From positions 2,604,001 to 2,668,000 of the forward strand of contig OX337240.1 in the NCBI GenBank assembly GCA_946965045.2: 64,000 nucleotides of DNA, given 5' to 3'. Positions 22,570 through 34,312 of this stretch are shown here, in pieces (position 1 is the stretch's first letter; each line of letters starts with the position of its first letter). The notes under the pieces are model-generated. The model had not been told where the DNA came from. It ran no database searches and saw nothing but the letters and a program-made list of their open reading frames with translations. The position numbers and the translations under genes are program-made. The stretch comes from Epithemia pelagica (lineage: Eukaryota > Protista > Bacillariophyta).

Positions 22570-23475
22570 CAAAGTTACTCCTACGATGAGTAGCTAGTAA
22601 AGCTACCTGATCTATGAGCCAATCTGGTCGCGCATGACACGGAGATTGCATGGACGACAGCCAAGACCTCTTTGAATGAGTATGCCTGGCAATAGAACAA
22701 CCTTTGGGCCTGCGGTATCTTCAAGAGAGTCCTACACAATTCGTTGCAGGGGCCACAGGACGGCTTCAACAGCGAGTTTGATCAGAATTGTGAACCGAAT
22801 GCCCTTGGTAAAGCATTGAAGGCACATGTTGTTAATGCCAGTAGAAGTCTTCACGCTATCCTTCGTGCAGATCTTGCTGGTGCCACTTTGATTTGTGGCT
22901 GGCTGCTATGAAATGAAGAGCAGAGGCAACGATAAAGGAGACCATACAGAAAGGTATGAGATTGGACAACCTCTCTTCCAAGTCCGTCGTATTCCGTTCT
23001 TTTTCTTCATGTTCTAAAGAATACCGCCCGGCGCGCCAGGTCTTGATCAAGACCAACATCATGATCACATTTCCATAAGTAAGAATCCAAGCCAGCCGTA
23101 TCGAGAGTAAACTGCAAGCGAGCATGCTTCGATCACTTCGAACTGTTCTCACAAAATCCAAATACCGCTCGAGAAGCATTTGTGCCAACGTAGTCTTCTA
23201 GTCGAAACTGCTCAAGCTTGAACGAGATGAGGCAGTCGAATCTCCAAAGATGCCATAATTATGTAAATGGATCCACCGATCGTGCCAAATCCACGGATTT
23301 TGGGTCTTTCATCCCAACAAACCAGCTCGAGAGGTGTCGAAATGGATTCTCCCCTTGCAACGTCACCTATACAAACGGCCCAAGAACAAAGACCAAGAGT
23401 TGCTGGCGCTCTTCTCTGAAGATACTTAAGATGCTGTTCTTGAAAATGTTGGTTCGCACGATTGTGCCGATCCAA
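22570..23475 (-). pseudogene. Possible decayed multi-pass membrane protein gene
   Basis: Hydrophobic fragments (LAWILTYGNVIMMLVLI, IPFCMVSFIVASALHFI) in broken frames; no family motif recognised. Confidence 0.25.
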
Positions 23476-23592
23476 AAGTCCTTTTTCTCATCTCCTTATG
23501 GTTGTCTTCTCATCTCCTTATGGTTGGGTCACAATTTCCAAGCTTGCCAATTTGACAACCACAACGACAAACAAAAACAACGTACATTTACA

Positions 23593-25086
23593 ATGACTTT
23601 TCGTCCCGTCCTCTCTGCCTTCCTTGCCCTTGTGGCAAGCACTGCCTCTGTCGTAGACGCGCTGGGGTCGGATTATATCGACACGGTACCTCTCACTGTC
23701 TACGAGGAGACGGATCTCTCTCCTCAAAACATGGACTTTGACCAAATCAACAATCGGGTACGTTTGACAACACTCTTGGCCACGTAGAATCTCACTGCAA
23801 TTGCATCTCATAGTCTTCGCTCACCTTGTCTCGATTCTGGTTTCTCCTATACCACCAAACATCAGTTTATTGCCCATCCCGGATGGTACCGAGACCAGGA
23901 GATTCATTACTACAAGTTTCGCATGTACACTCCCGACACGTACCCCGGTCTCATTGCACCGGGTTCTAGTGATTCGGATGTTCCGATTGGCACAGTCTGG
24001 ATGACGACCACAACGGGCGGTTTGGACGGTGTCGTGGGCAATCCCATTTGTCAATACCACACATCAGATGCCAATTTGTATTCCGACTTTGTGGAAGTCG
24101 TCTTGGTGGCGGTCGACAATACGTACGTTGCCGACACGTACAAATCGGCGGCGGACATTGCCGAATCGGGCAATCCCACAACCAACACTGGTACCATTGT
24201 CAACATGCCCGTGGTACCGACGGGATCTACCTTGCAAGATCCGGCCGACAAGGATGCGGCCGCTCCCATTTCTCCCGTGACATGCTGGTATCGTGGCAAT
24301 GCCATTGACACCTACGTGTTTGAAGTCACCTCGCAGGATGCGGTCGATTTCTTTGCCGATACCCGTGCCACAACAAGTGCCGATTATGCCATTCCCGTCA
24401 CCAACTACGCCAGTATCGATCGTGTTTCGGCCATTCCCTTGTGGCATGTGAATCAATATACGCGTGGTGTCACGGCCGGTGAAGGTGGTGGTCCCAGCCC
24501 CGATGGACATCGCAATGTGATTAATTTGGATCGTGGCGACGACGGGTATTCTCCATTGTGGGAAATTGCCTGGGTTTCCGAAGTCCCCATTAACTATTCG
24601 GCCGACGAAGCGAGTAATTCTAAAGATTTTTCCGCCGCCAATGGTTTCAAAACCTTGTTTGGCCTTCCCATGTTTGTCAATTGTCCCGACATTGGTGCTG
24701 TCGGTGCCTTGAATCTCATGCGTCGTACCGCAGAAGAATCTGAATTTGAATTGAAATTGAATTTGGATCAGGAAACCAATTGGATTTTGGGCAGTGCTGA
24801 CACTCTCATCATGACGGGAGGCGTTGAAGTCACGTTTGTTTCCGATGTGGATGGAAGTGAAATTGCCCGTACCGAAACCAATATCATGGGGGCCTACGAA
24901 TTGGAGCTCGCCTCGAGTGATGTTCCAGCCGGTACCACCAAGGTCAAGGTCATGGCGTTCGACAAGGAAATTCGTACGGTCGAAGTCAAGGATGGTTCCA
25001 CTTCTGCGGCTTTCATGACAAACAACAACCTGGCAGCTTGGATGGGTGCCACCTCTCTCTTGGTTGCGGCCTTGTTTCTCGTGTAA
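23593..25086 (+). CDS. Secreted, probably GPI-anchored protein with a YSPLW/VNCP motif; exons 23593-23757 and 23866-25086 (~461 aa)
   Basis: Signal peptide MTFRPVLSAFLALVASTASVVDA; phase-0 GT...AG intron 23758-23865 joins in frame to the 23923 ORF; motifs HPGWYRD, GYSPLWEIAWV, MFVNCP; hydrophobic C-terminal tail. Confidence 0.8.
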
Positions 25087-26192
25087 GTTATTCGGGAAAA
25101 CCTTTGGCTCTGAACTGCAACCCGAGTAGACCAGTGAATTAGAACCACTACATAATCGTCAACCCATCATGTGTTTTATATTCGCAGTCTCAAACAGAAA
25201 GATTCGACAAGGAGAATGTACATGTGCTATACGCTATACGCTATAGAACATGTCAATAGACGGAGGAAGAGAAAGGACGGTGTACCCCAAAGGCTTAGGA
25301 ATAGGAAGGCCGGAAACGCGCTTAGGTAGTAAGACTACTTCACGGTGATTCATTCCTTTAGAGGAGGGTCGCCCGGCGCGGAGGGTAGAATTACGAGAAG
25401 GGCATATGTTCGAGGAGGGCGCATGCCCGACAAGACATATGCCCGTCGAGTCATTCTCCCGACAAGCCGGGCGCCCGACGAGGAAGGAATGAGAAATCAC
25501 AGGGGAGTAATCTGCTTACTTTATATCTAGATATGTAGGTAGTGACTACCGCCCGGTCTTATTATGAGATGGGATGTCGCAGGGACATAATGTTCCTTTC
25601 GCGGTTCACCCATGATGTCGCGCGATTCGCACGATCACTACTTCCCGGCTCTACAATAAAATTCTACTGTAAAATAAAAATGTGAGACGAACTACCTGCA
25701 TAGCTAGGTATAGAGTTAGTACTCCTAGCTACTCTTGTTTGTTTCGGAATCTCCGAATCAGTGTTTATCCGAGTCTATTATTTGTAGTTCGTAGTCTCTA
25801 CTCGCAGGTAGATGGACTCGGTTCTTCTTGGAATGGAACATCGCGAAATTGCCTTTTGCGCCTGATGGTCCGCAACGTCGACAAGATGACACTCGTAGCA
25901 GTGGCTCGTAACAGGTAGAACTTTAGCTCAAACTGTTGACCTCTGTAGATACAATCAATTAGCATCCAAATAGACAACTAGAACATTCATTAGCAACCGA
26001 ATAAGATGGAGTCGCAGAGCTAGTAGCTACAGAGTTTAAAAATTTGTCCAAGACCCAAGACATAGAGTTGGTGTGAGCGACTCGGGGATCAGCACATAAA
26101 GAAGACAGAATCATTGCTAAGAAGGCTCAAGCTAAAAATTCAAACCGGGATATTAAATGGTCATGGATCAGTCCTACTTACTACGTGCTCTA

Positions 26193-26465
26193 CCGTTTAG
26201 CTCCGATCTGCCTTTTTTCTCCGATCTGCCGTTTAGCTCCGATCTGCCGTTTAGCTCCGATCTGCCGATTAGCGCCTTTCTGCCGTTTAGCGCCTTTCTG
26301 CCGTTTAGCGCCTTTCTGCCGTTTAACGCCTCCTAGTACAAAATCCTACGTGTTTTCTCGTAGCTCCTTCCGTTTAGCGCCTTTCTTCCGTTTAGCGCCT
26401 TTCTTCCGATTAGCTCCGATCTGCCGTTTAGCTCCGATCAGCCGTTTAGCTCCAATCTGCCGTTT
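26193..26465 (+). repeat. 18-bp minisatellite, about 13 units in two blocks
   Basis: Units CCGTTTAGCTCCGATCTG and CCGTTTAGCGCCTTTCT(G/T), interrupted by about 40 bp at ~26330-26370. Confidence 0.9.
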
Positions 26466-26875
26466 TGAGTTTTCAGCCTATCCTCATTATTTGGCTAGCT
26501 TCATCGTAGCTAATCCTATGTTGTGTGTGTGTCGTTTGTCTCCATCTCATTTTTTCATTCTATCAGTGCATTGGTTTGTTGTGTCACATAGCAGTGCATA
26601 GCACACGAAGGGCTGAGGATTGAGGATGCACACCGATCACCGATCACAATTAGCAATTAGCTACGTAGATAAAGAATAACATTGCCCTAAATCAATGAAC
26701 ATGGATCACACTCAATCGTAATCTTGATAGTTTCTATTATCTTATTCTAGCTAGCTTAGCAGTTTGGTTCCACATCACGGTGGGTTGGATGATTTGGGAT
26801 TTTGGTTTGCCATTTGCCATCCAATTCTCGACCCAGAACGCAAAACGCAATTTCGCGGTGTTCCAATGGAGGAAA

Positions 26876-26936
26876 ACGGTTTGACCTAAAATCCTAAACT
26901 CCTTCCCCCCTCAAATAGGATTTTAGGACAAACCGT
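26876..26936. mobile_element. 61-bp mini element made of two facing TIRs; matching TIR at 36795-36826
   Basis: ACGGTTTGACCTAAAATCCTA...TAGGATTTTAGGACAAACCGT; 36804-36826 is the exact reverse complement of the first 23 bp. No clean TSD. Confidence 0.55.
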
Positions 26937-27089
26937 GTTGACCCCCATTTTAACCTAAACTTATTCGTAGTCTGACCTTCGTAGGAGCTAGCACATCTAT
27001 GTAGGTTCCGAATGAAGTCAAGATTCAAGATACTCCTACGATTTTGGCTATGCGATGAACTAAGAACCAAACAGAAAATGTCTTGCACC

Positions 27090-27499
27090 ATGAGCAGTAC
27101 CGACATTACTACAACTCCATCGATGATGTTGTCTTCCTTGTTTTCTTCCGATAACAAAGGAGGAAGAGAAGATTGGACGGTGGTCCAAGCGTTGAGTTTG
27201 GGTGATTCCATCTATGTCCAAGAATCCTATGACGAAGCCATTACGGCCTTTTGAGCGGCCCGCGTTATCATGGTGGACAACACTACAACGAAAGATCCAA
27301 TAAAAAGAATCTTGCACTTTCGCATCTTGTTGCATTGATCGGCAGAATTGCAACGATATTCGGAAGCATTGGACGATGCCACACAAGCCAATGCTCTCCT
27401 TTCTGCTGCTACCGCAAACTCCACTTCTCCTGCGTTTGAGGGATTGCAACCTGGAGAATGGAAGGTGACAAGAACAAGAAGATTGATTGAAAGCCTCTA
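27090..27499 (+). pseudogene. TPR-domain gene fragment (SGT1-like N-terminus) with two TGA stops
   Basis: GDSIYVQESYDEAITAF*AA...HFRILLH*SAELQRYSEALDDATQA in one frame. Confidence 0.5.
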
Positions 27500-28616
27500 A
27501 GGCGGCATGGCAATATTATCAATCGGATCGAATCATTACCATTGATCAATCACGGCTGCCAATGGCAATTGATGAAAGGCTTGATAGCTAATTGATCAAA
27601 TGCTTGATTGCAAACTTCCCACACTCCGAAGCTCACGGACGGTAATTTTGTACAAATGCTGGGCTAATTGTTGAGAATTCAAGTAATCCAAATTTCGCGA
27701 AGGACGTTGAAACATGTGAACAACGTGTTGAATCGGAGGAGGATTTTGCGGAGACACGTCCGAATCTACCGTGGTATTAGTGCTGGACAACTCCAGTGGT
27801 TCCACCCCCGTCTTGCAGCGTTTCTTTTTATGTGTTGCGCAATGTTTGTAGTGTCTTCGTCGTCCATGGGTTCGTCGCCTTGTTGCCCCGGTAGCAAACG
27901 AGCTGGATCCAAGTCACGGCATGGCAAGGCCGTCCACAATTTGAACTTGCGAGCTCGGCTCTAAATTTGCGGCACACATGGACTTTTTGTAGTCAATTTC
28001 CCCACCACTTCCGTCTTTCTCGTTGGCGTCTTAGATCTTTGTCGTGCCATTCTACTCAAATCCGAGGGATTGTCCTTCACCGTAGGTAGGCATCTCGAGC
28101 GGTGGAGAACGATTCTCAGCAGTACAAAGAGCGGTTCAGGCAGCTCAAGCTTGCAACTAAGCCTTGGTCATCCAAGAATGGGAAAGAGTGCTGCCCACAT
28201 GAATTGACTTGGTACCACCGTTAGAGCGTGTGAATCGTTCTCGGTTCGAGTATCCTCGTCGACCATGAATTTCAGTGGCGTCACGGCATCCGTACCGTAC
28301 CGGGACATTCGGAGGGGGGTACTTCCATTGTCAAGGTGGCGACTCCGTTTAGTCGTTTTGCACCATCAACCATCAAGTTTTTTGTCGAAAATGAGGTCCA
28401 TTCGCAGCACGTGAACGACGAGGGAGAATGATGGTTCCAGTTTTCTTTGCCCTTGTTGGAAGAAGGTGGCAGCAACTGCAAAAGTCGAAAGTGCTTGGCT
28501 GTTTAATTGATGGATGCGATAGCAATAAGGGTCTTCTTTCGATCGGAAGACAAGAATTCGGAAGTCGACAAAAGACATGGCGAAATTTGTCGATGGGTGG
28601 AACCCAACGAACCCAT

Positions 28617-29007
28617 TGTTGAAGCGCGAGAACCGACGGACGAACGATTCGGAAGCTGGTCATTCGGAAGCAATGCCGATTACGACAAAGACCAAACTTG
28701 TCCACCAGGGAGACAAGAAGTCATACTGGAAAGTCAGCAATACAGATAGGGACACAAGTCAACCACATGATAACAAGGATAACAAGAAAGGAAAAGACAT
28801 GGCCGGATCAGACGCCGGTCTTAATGCCTTTGGAATGACCACGACAAGAAGTTACAGGGACATCCTGATCGGAGAAGGTCATGGAGCTCAAAATAAGACT
28901 AGATTAATGACGAGCTGAGAGAGCTCACTCTACAACGAAAACGAAGTTTGTAAGGAGAAACAAGCGTGCCATTGCATAGGCTGAAGGCTGAGCAATTGGT
29001 TTTAACA
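28617..29007 (+). repeat. 5' LTR, Copia B
   Basis: Direct repeat of 33853-34243. Confidence 0.95.
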
Positions 29008-29023
29008 TTTTCGTTATAGAGCG

Positions 29024-32000
29024 ATGTCAAGTGACAGTAATGCTCCCTCTCCCCCAAGAGATGGTGGAAGCAGTGGCCGTGGAAATGGCCGTCCACGCAC
29101 CGGCCGAGGTGGCAGAGGTAACCGATTCCGTACAGGCCGAAGAAATAATCAGTTTCAGAGAAGTCGCTTTGAAGGACGGGAGACGGCGTTGGCGGGCCAC
29201 ATCTACGATTACAACGGGGAGAGAACCCCCGATAAGTACATACGTACTACCAAGGAGATTGCGAACTACGTTGGAAGGACGTTTACAAAATACCCAGGCG
29301 ACTACACAGCAGCGATAGAGACGCTAGAACTCGATGACCCAGATGAACCAAATGATCCTGACCCAAATGATCAGGTGGCATTTGAACATTGGAAGTTGAA
29401 CATCAAGGATCATCGTACCAAGATGCAAGAATATGCAAACTTTCGAGCAAGTCTGTACAGCCTTGTGTTTGGACAATGTACAGACGCGATGCAGGAACGG
29501 CTTAAGTCGCATGAAGACTTTGAAGCCGCGAGCCAGGATGGGATTGCTCTACTGGTTATTGTGAGATCCCTCATCCATACGTTTGAGGAGAAGAGGAACC
29601 TAGCTGACTCGTTGTGTGACGTAAAAGAGAGCTTTTACAAACTTAGACAGGGCAAACACATGTCACTGGAGAAATATCACGAATTGTTCGTGGCTCAAGT
29701 TGCAGTCCTAGACGAGGTGGGCATTACCGTGTGGGATCAAGCACTGGTCGATAACGTTGCTGAGAGCAATGGACGAGGTGATGCACCTGAAGAAGAGGAC
29801 TATGAGGAAGCCAAACAACGCGCCTTGGCTATCCGGTTTATCCGGGGAACCAATGAGAACCATAAGGGTTACATTAAACATCTGCAAAACAGCCACTTGG
29901 ACAATCACGACAACTATCCAAAGACGGTATCCGATGCTTTCAATATTCCTCAGAGGCGTGATGAAGACACAGTGGCCATCATTCCTGAGAATGACGGAGT
30001 GGCATTTGCACAAACCTCAACTAATGGGAGAGACATGAGTCAAGTCATCTGTTACAACTGCGGAGAACCAGGTCATTACGCAAGAGACTGCCCACACCAG
30101 CAGGGTCAAGAAGGAAACGGTAACAACAACAATGATGACAACAACAACAACGGTGAGAGCACTGAAGTAAATGCTGTGACGTTCTCGTTTTCCCAATCTA
30201 ACGCTATTGTACCCAAGACGTGGATCCTTCTGGATAGTCAGTCGACGGTGGATTGTTTCAGTAACAGAGCCTTGCTCAAGAATATACGTAAGACAAATAA
30301 GAAGATTAATATCTATTGCAATGCAGGAAGACGCACAATTGACATGGTTGGAGACTTGGAAGGATATGGTGAGGTGTGGCACGACCCAAAAGGAATTGCA
30401 AATGTGCTGAGTCTCAGTCGGATCAGAAAGAAATATGGAAGGGTGGACTATGTGGCCAAGAAAAGCGGGGGCGAGTTCACTGTTTATAAGCCAGACGGAA
30501 AAAGGCATATTTTCAAGGAAGCCGAGTCGGGACTACACTACCTAGACACTTCAAGCCCAAATGATGAGATGCATGATGATGGACATATGTTGGTGGTGAA
30601 TACAGTCAGGGACAATAAATCTAAATACACCAACAACGACTACATGAGAGCCCTTAGAGCACGAGAACTTCAAATCAAGATTGGACGACCAAGTACAAGG
30701 GACTACATTAAAATTGTGGAAGGAAGTTCCCTACCAAATTGTCCAGTGACGAGGGCCGATATATTGGCTGCAGAACACATTTTTGGGCCTGACATTGGAG
30801 CGCTAAAAGGAAAGACGACTAGAAGGCGACCACCTATTGTGGACTCACCCGTAACACCTGTCCCGAATGTTATTTTGGAGAAGTACAGACGTGTGACCAT
30901 CTGTGTGGACGTGCTACATATCAACAACATCCCAATGCTAGCTAGCATTTCAAGAAACATCAAGTTTGGAACAGTCGAAGCCATAGCGAGCTTGAAAGAA
31001 GGCCCAATGTTAGAAGCAATCAAACACATCTGCCAGGCATATCGAAGAGCCGGTTTCAAGGTGGAATCGTCACTGATGGATGGCGCATTCTCGTATTTGA
31101 AGGGCGATCTAGCCGACATGGGGATCGCACTCAATGATACTTCGAGAGACGAACACGTTGGAGACGTGGAAAGATACATCAGGACGATGAAGGAGCGGAT
31201 TTGCGCAACTTACAATACACTACCGTTCAAGAAAATACCTGGGAGACTAGTCATCGAAATGGCAAAGTCGGCTGTGTTCTGGCTGAACGGGTTTCCTATT
31301 GCGAGTGGCGTATCTCAAGAGGCAAGTCCCAGAACGATCATTACAGGACAAAAGTTAGATTACAGCCGCCACTGCAAGTATCAATTTGGGGAATACTGCC
31401 AAACACACGAAGAGCACGACGACTCTATGAATCCAAGGACGATTGGGGCACTCGCACTACGACCAACCGGAAACGCCCAAGGAAGTTATTATTTTCTCAG
31501 TCTTTCAACGGGACGAGTTATCAATCGACTACACGCAACTGCTCTACCTATGCCTGACGATGTTATCGATCGGGTGCACAGGATGGCACGACAACAAAAG
31601 GCAAACCCTGGTCTTGTGTTCGGGGACAGAAACAACCTGGCAAACATTCTTGATTTGGATGATGACGACGAAGACGATGACAGCTTTATCCCCAACGACA
31701 TGGACGAAATAGACGACGATTACGACCAGTACGACGATCCAGAGGATGAGATTGCCGACAATGAGGATGAAAACCAAGGAGTGTTGCCCGTGGTGGAGGA
31801 AAACCAAGGAGTGTTGCCCGTAATGGAGGTAGCGGAAAATGAAGGAGTGCCACCAGTTGTCATGGAACAGGAGCCGGAGGATGATGCTATGGACCCTATC
31901 GATCATGACACCGACATGGATGACGTGTCGATTGAAGAAGAACAGGAAGAGAGGTCCGTGAACAATACGGACGAAAATAATGACCCGGTGATGGCTGCGG

Positions 32001-34154
32001 CTGAAGAAGGTGATGATCAGTCTCAACATGATGAGGAGGAAAGTGGCAACCGTGAGAATGAAGGAAGATACAGCTTACGAAGCCGCAGAACACGAGACTA
32101 TAGTCACAGATACAATCCTGAGGAGTTTGACACAAGCGACCGAGAAAATGATGACGAGGATGGTGCAGTCATGGCTGAAGTGGCAGGAGTTGAAGATACC
32201 GTGGAGACTCCACAAATGTCATTGAAGTTGGGGTTGAAAAAGTTCGGCGAAGAAGGATTGGACGCTGTACGGAAAGAGATGAGGCAACTGCATGACAGAA
32301 AGGTTATCAGGCCGGTCGCGCGGTATAGCTTAACACCAAAACAACGAAGAGATGCGCTGGCCTATCTTATGTTCCTAAAAAGGAAAAGAACAGGCAAAGT
32401 GAAGGGTCGCGGATGCGCGGATGGGCGCAAACAGCGCGATTATATACCCAAAGAGGATTCGACGTCACCTACAGTAAAAACAGAGTCGGTTTTACTAACA
32501 GCCGCTATCGACGCGAAAGAAAAACGAGACGTTGCAGTGGTAGATGTGCCAGGGGCCTTTATGCAGGCAGATATGGACGACATTGTTCACATCAGATTTA
32601 CTGGGGAAATGCTAGAGATGTTACTGGAAATTGACCCATGCTATGCCGGCTACATATGCTATGAACGAGGGGAGAAAGTGTTGTACGTGGTGTTGGACAA
32701 GGCCCTTTACGGTACTCTAAAGGCAGCTCGGCTATTTTGGGAGATGCTAAGCAAGCAACTGGTTGAATGGGGTTTTGTTGTGAACCCATATGATGAGTGT
32801 GTGGCGAATAAGGAGTGCAGTGGCTGGTGGCCAATTGACAGTCACCTGGCATGTGGACGATATCAAGGTTTCACACAAGTCCAGCACAGTCGTAGATCAG
32901 TTCATTCAACAAATGGAAGAAACCTTTGGGAAAGAAGGACCCCTAACCATATCACGAGGAAAAGTGCACGACTACCTCGGTATGATACTTGACTATTCAG
33001 TGGAGGGGTCAGTGATTATCAGAATGGAGAGCTACATCAACAATATGATCAATGACATGCCCGAGGACATGATAGGAGTGGCATCAACACCCGCTTCCAG
33101 CAGTTTGTTCAAAGTGAACACGAGCGGTACACCAACTTTGAATTCCAAGAAGAAGGAAATTTTTGTGCACCTTGTAATGCAAGCCCTCTATCTCAGTCAG
33201 AGGGGTCGTCCTGATATCCGTACAGCAGTGTCTTTCCTGTGCGGGCGACTAACTTGCCCTGACGAAGATGATTACAGTAAACTCAGTCGAATGATGAAGT
33301 ATCTACAAGGAACCCGGTCGCTTCCTTTAACTCTACGGGTAGAGGATGATGGAAAACTGCAATGGTGGATTGATGCTTCATATGCAGTGCACCCCAACAT
33401 GAGGGGTCATACAGGAGCAACGATGTCAATGGGTAAAGGCTCAGTATTCAGTGGATTTTGGAAACAAAAGATGGTGACTCGTAGCTCGACCGAAAGTGAG
33501 GTTGTCGGCGTGCACGATGTCCTTCCACAGATATTGTGGACCAAAATGTTCTTGGAAGCGCAAGGGTTTTCCATCGCTGCAAATGTGCTGTACCAAGATA
33601 ACTTGAGTTCTATACTTCTTGAGAAGAATGGACGTCAATCAAGCACGAAACGAACCAAACACATGCACATACGTTATTTTTATATCACCGACCAAGTGAA
33701 GAAAGGGGAAATATCAATCGAGCACTGTCCAACCAAGGACATGATAGCGGACTTTTTCACAAAGCCTCTTCAAGGACACCTGTTTCACAAGTTGCGGAAC
33801 CTTGTAATGGGAATGGATCCACCAACTGACCAGATGGAGGACCCAAGAAGTGTGTTGAAGCGCGAGAACCGACGGACGAACGATTCGGAAGCTGGTCATT
33901 CGGAAGCAATGCCGATTACGACAAAGACCAAACTTGTCCACCAGGGAGACAAGAAGTCATACTGGAAAGTCAGCAATACAGATAGGGACACAAGTCAACC
34001 ACATGATAACAAGGATAACAAGAAAGGAAAAGACATGGCCGGATCAGACGCCGGTCTTAATGCCTTTGGAATGACCACGACAAGAAGTTACAGGGACATC
34101 CTGATCGGAGAAGGTCATGGAGCTCAAAATAAGACTAGATTAATGACGAGCTGA
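29024..34154 (+). CDS. gag-pol: Gag-Pol polyprotein, Copia B, single frameshift near 32816; ORF ends inside the 3' LTR
   Basis: CYNCGEPGHYARDC; LLDSQSTVD; CVDV/MDGAF/DVERYIR integrase; RT split between ORFs 29024-32992 and 32790-34154; DASYA/STESEV/IADFFTKPL RNase H. Confidence 0.9.
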
Positions 34155-34243
34155 GAGAGCTCACTCTACAACGAAAACGAAGTTTGTAAGGAGAAACAAG
34201 CGTGCCATTGCATAGGCTGAAGGCTGAGCAATTGGTTTTAACA
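33853..34243 (+). repeat. 3' LTR, Copia B
   Basis: Direct repeat of 28617-29007. Confidence 0.95.
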
Positions 34244-34312
34244 CCCATCCTGACGACGCGTTGTGCTTGTACGCCTGTCTTCTTCTCGTAGTCTGTCGGA
34301 ACTTGCTAGATA

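Larger units (their letters stand above)
28617..34243 (+). mobile_element. Ty1/Copia LTR retrotransposon, family B
   Basis: 391-bp LTRs 28617-29007 and 33853-34243 (TGTTG...TTAACA, no difference seen); 5-bp TSD CCCAT; gag CCHC, PR WILLDSQS, IN, RT WHVDD, RH. Confidence 0.95.

Noticed and set aside
5244-25382. Recurrent CGCCCGGCGCG (near 5245, 8177, 23026, 25370)
   Set aside because: Two occurrences come from the duplication; the others share no further context and could be chance.
26193-26465. 18-bp repeat array as a CRISPR
   Set aside because: Units are head-to-tail with no unique spacers, there are no cas genes, and the context is eukaryotic.
28577-28918. 113-aa ORF as an independent gene
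   Set aside because: It is the LTR copy of the pol C-terminal tail.
29008-29023. PBS of Copia B (TTTTCGTTATAGAGCG) as a Met-tRNA site
   Set aside because: Only a partial match to TGGTATCAGAGC or the half-tRNA GGTTATG(A/G)GC; it cannot be assigned without host tRNAs.
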